Shown here: positions 61,711 through 64,000 of the stretch, one piece after another
How the letters are laid out: each line of letters begins with the position of its first letter
How positions within the stretch are numbered: the stretch's first letter is position 1
Assembly (NCBI RefSeq): GCF_009914755.1
Contig: NC_060926.1
Source of the DNA: the human T2T-CHM13v2.0 reference genome, Homo sapiens
Strand: one strand, 5' to 3'
Length of the DNA stretch: 64,000 nucleotides
The notes under the pieces: model-generated
Told to the model about the DNA's origin: nothing
What the model saw: only the letters and a program-made list of their open reading frames with translations
The model's database searches: none
Translations under genes and position numbers: made by a program

Positions 61711-64000
61711 AGAAATTAAACAACATGCTCCTGAATGACCAGTGGGTCAATTAAGAAATCAAAAAGGAAATTTAAAAAGATTTCTTAAAACAAATAAAAA
61801 TAGAAATACAACATACCAAAACCTAAATGATACAGCAAAAGCAGTATTAAAGAGGACGTTTATACCAATAAACACCTACATGAAAAAAAGGAGAAAGATT
61901 TCAAATAAAAAACCTAACAATGCACCTCAAGGAGCTAGAAAAGCAATAATAAGCCAAGCCCAAAATTAGTATAAGGAAAGAAATAATAAAAATTAGAGCA
62001 GAACTAAATGAAATCAAGATAAAAAATACAGAAGATCAACAAAATGAAAAGTTGTTTTCTTGTAAAGATTTTTTAAAAATCAACAAATTATTAGCTAGAC
62101 TAAGAAAAATAGAAAATCCAAATAAATAAAATCAAATGATGAAAAAGAAGATACTACAATTGATACTACAGAGATACAAAAGATCATTAGAGACTATGAT
62201 GAACAACTATATACCAACAAATTGGAAAGCCTAGAGGAAATGAATAAGTTCTTAGACACATATAACCAACCAAGATTGAACCACGAAGAAATAGAAAAAC
62301 CTGAACAGACCAATAAGAGGTAACAAGATTGGATAAAAAGTCTCCCAACAAAGAAAATTCCAGAATTAGATGCCAACACTGCTAAATTCTATCAAACTTT
62401 TAAAGAACTAACACCAATTCTTCTCAAAATATCCCCAAAAAAATATTAAGAGGAGGGAATTCTTCATAATGCATTCTACAAGGCCAGCCTTTTCTGGATG
62501 CCAAAACCAGACAAGGACACAGAAAAAAAAAAAACAGCAAAAAAACAAAAAACAAGTACAGGCCAATATCCCCGATGAACACAGATGAGAAAGTTCTCGA
62601 CAAAATACTGACAAACCAAACCCAACAGCACATCAAAAAAATTATACACCATGATCATGTGGAATTTATCCCAGTGATGCAAGGATGGTTCAACATAAGC
62701 AAATCAATAAATGTGATATATCACATCAACCGAATGGAGGACATAAACCATATGATCACTTCAATAGACATGACAATCATTTGGTAAAATTCAACACCCA
62801 TTCATGATAAAAACTCAGCAAGTTAGAAACATCCTTAATACCATAAAGGCCATTTAGGAAAACACCACAGCTAATATACTGATGTTACTGACATAAGAGC
62901 TGGAACATAACAAGGATACTCACTTTCAACCATTCTTATTCAACATGATACTGGAAGTTCTAGCCAGAGCAACTAGGCAAGAGATAGAAATAAAGGGCAC
63001 TCAAAATGGAAAAGAAGTCCAATTGTACCTCTTTGCAAATGAGGTACAAATGAGGTAAAAAAAAATTTTTAATTTTTTACTTTAGGTTTGGTGGAACATG
63101 TGAAGGTTTGTTACATAGATAAGCACGTCACAGGGTTTGTTGTACATATTATTACATCACCCAGGTATTAAGCTCAGTACCCAGTAGTTATCTTTTCTGC
63201 TCCTCTTACTCCTCCCACCCTCCCCACTCAAGTAGACCCGAGTATGTGTTGTTCCCCTTTATGTGTCCATGTGTTCTCACTATTTAGCTCCCACTTATAA
63301 GTGACAACATGCAGTATTTGTTTTTCTGTTCCTGCGTTAGTTTACTGAGAATAATAGCCTCCAACTCCATCCAAGTCCCCGCAAAGGACATAATCTCATT
63401 TTTTTTGTGACTGCATAATATTCCATGATGTATATGTACCACATTTTCTTAATCCAGTTTGTCATTAATGGACATTTAGGTTGATTCCATGTCTTTGCTA
63501 GTGTGAACAATGCTGCAATGAACATTTGTTTGCATGTGTCTTTATGGTAGAATGCTTTATTTTCCTCTGAGCATATACCCATTAATGGGATTGCTGTGTT
63601 GAATGGTAGTTCTGCTTTTAGCGATTTGAGGAATCACCATACTGCTTTCCACAATGGTTGAATTAATTTACACTTGCACCAACAGTATATAAGACTCCAC
63701 TAGACTTAGTAAAATTTCAGGATAAAAAAATCAAATGTAAACATAAAGAGTGTTTCTATACACCAATAACAAACTAGTTGAAAAAGAAATCAAGAGAGAA
63801 ATCTCATTCATAATAGCTATAAAGATAAAATAAAATTCTTAGAAATAAATTTAACCAAGGTGAAAGATCTCTACAAGAAAAACTATGAGACACTGATGAA
63901 ATAAATTGAAGAGGACACAAACAAATGAAAAGACATCCCACATTCATGGATTAGAATAATGAATATTATTTAAATAATCATACTATCCAAAGAAATCTGC
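61711..64000 (+). mobile_element. L1MA-like ORF2 fragment, runs off the window
   Basis: gaaattaaacaacatgctcctgaatgacc...; RT remnant [19 protein letters not shown]. Confidence 0.88.
63066..63697 (-). mobile_element. L1PA15/16-like 3' end, antisense, nested in the L1MA
   Basis: acatcacccaggtattaagctcagtaccc...cctcccaccctcc...gttagtttactgagaataat. Confidence 0.88.

Overview
This is AT-rich primate (very likely human) genomic DNA made mostly of interspersed repeats: Alu (J, S and Y families), L1 (including a near full-length, decayed L1PA7/8-like copy at about 15.8-22.4 kb), L2, MIR, MaLR/ERV LTRs (THE1A, MLT1, MER41A, LTR16-like) and DNA-transposon MITEs (Tigger3a, MER3, MER5A, MER58A). I recognise no protein-coding gene. 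Most ORF-track entries, including all the longest, are repeat or low-complexity artefacts. Most L1s lie on +, and several strong minus-strand splice sites hint that the window is intronic to a minus-strand transcript, but this is speculative. The most notable structures are: (1) a mosaic of locally templated copies and nested inverted repeats inside (TA)n tracts at 47.1-47.8 kb; (2) an L1 whose target-site duplication also encloses a downstream Alu fragment with its own poly(A) signal, i.e. a probable 3' transduction; (3) a 1.3-kb palindromic AT-rich VNTR that arose inside a MIR; (4) a solo poly(A) insertion with a 16-bp TSD, a twin-primed inverted L1 and a trimeric AluJ. Repeat subfamily names come from recalled consensus sequences and boundaries are approximate; confirm both with RepeatMasker/Dfam.
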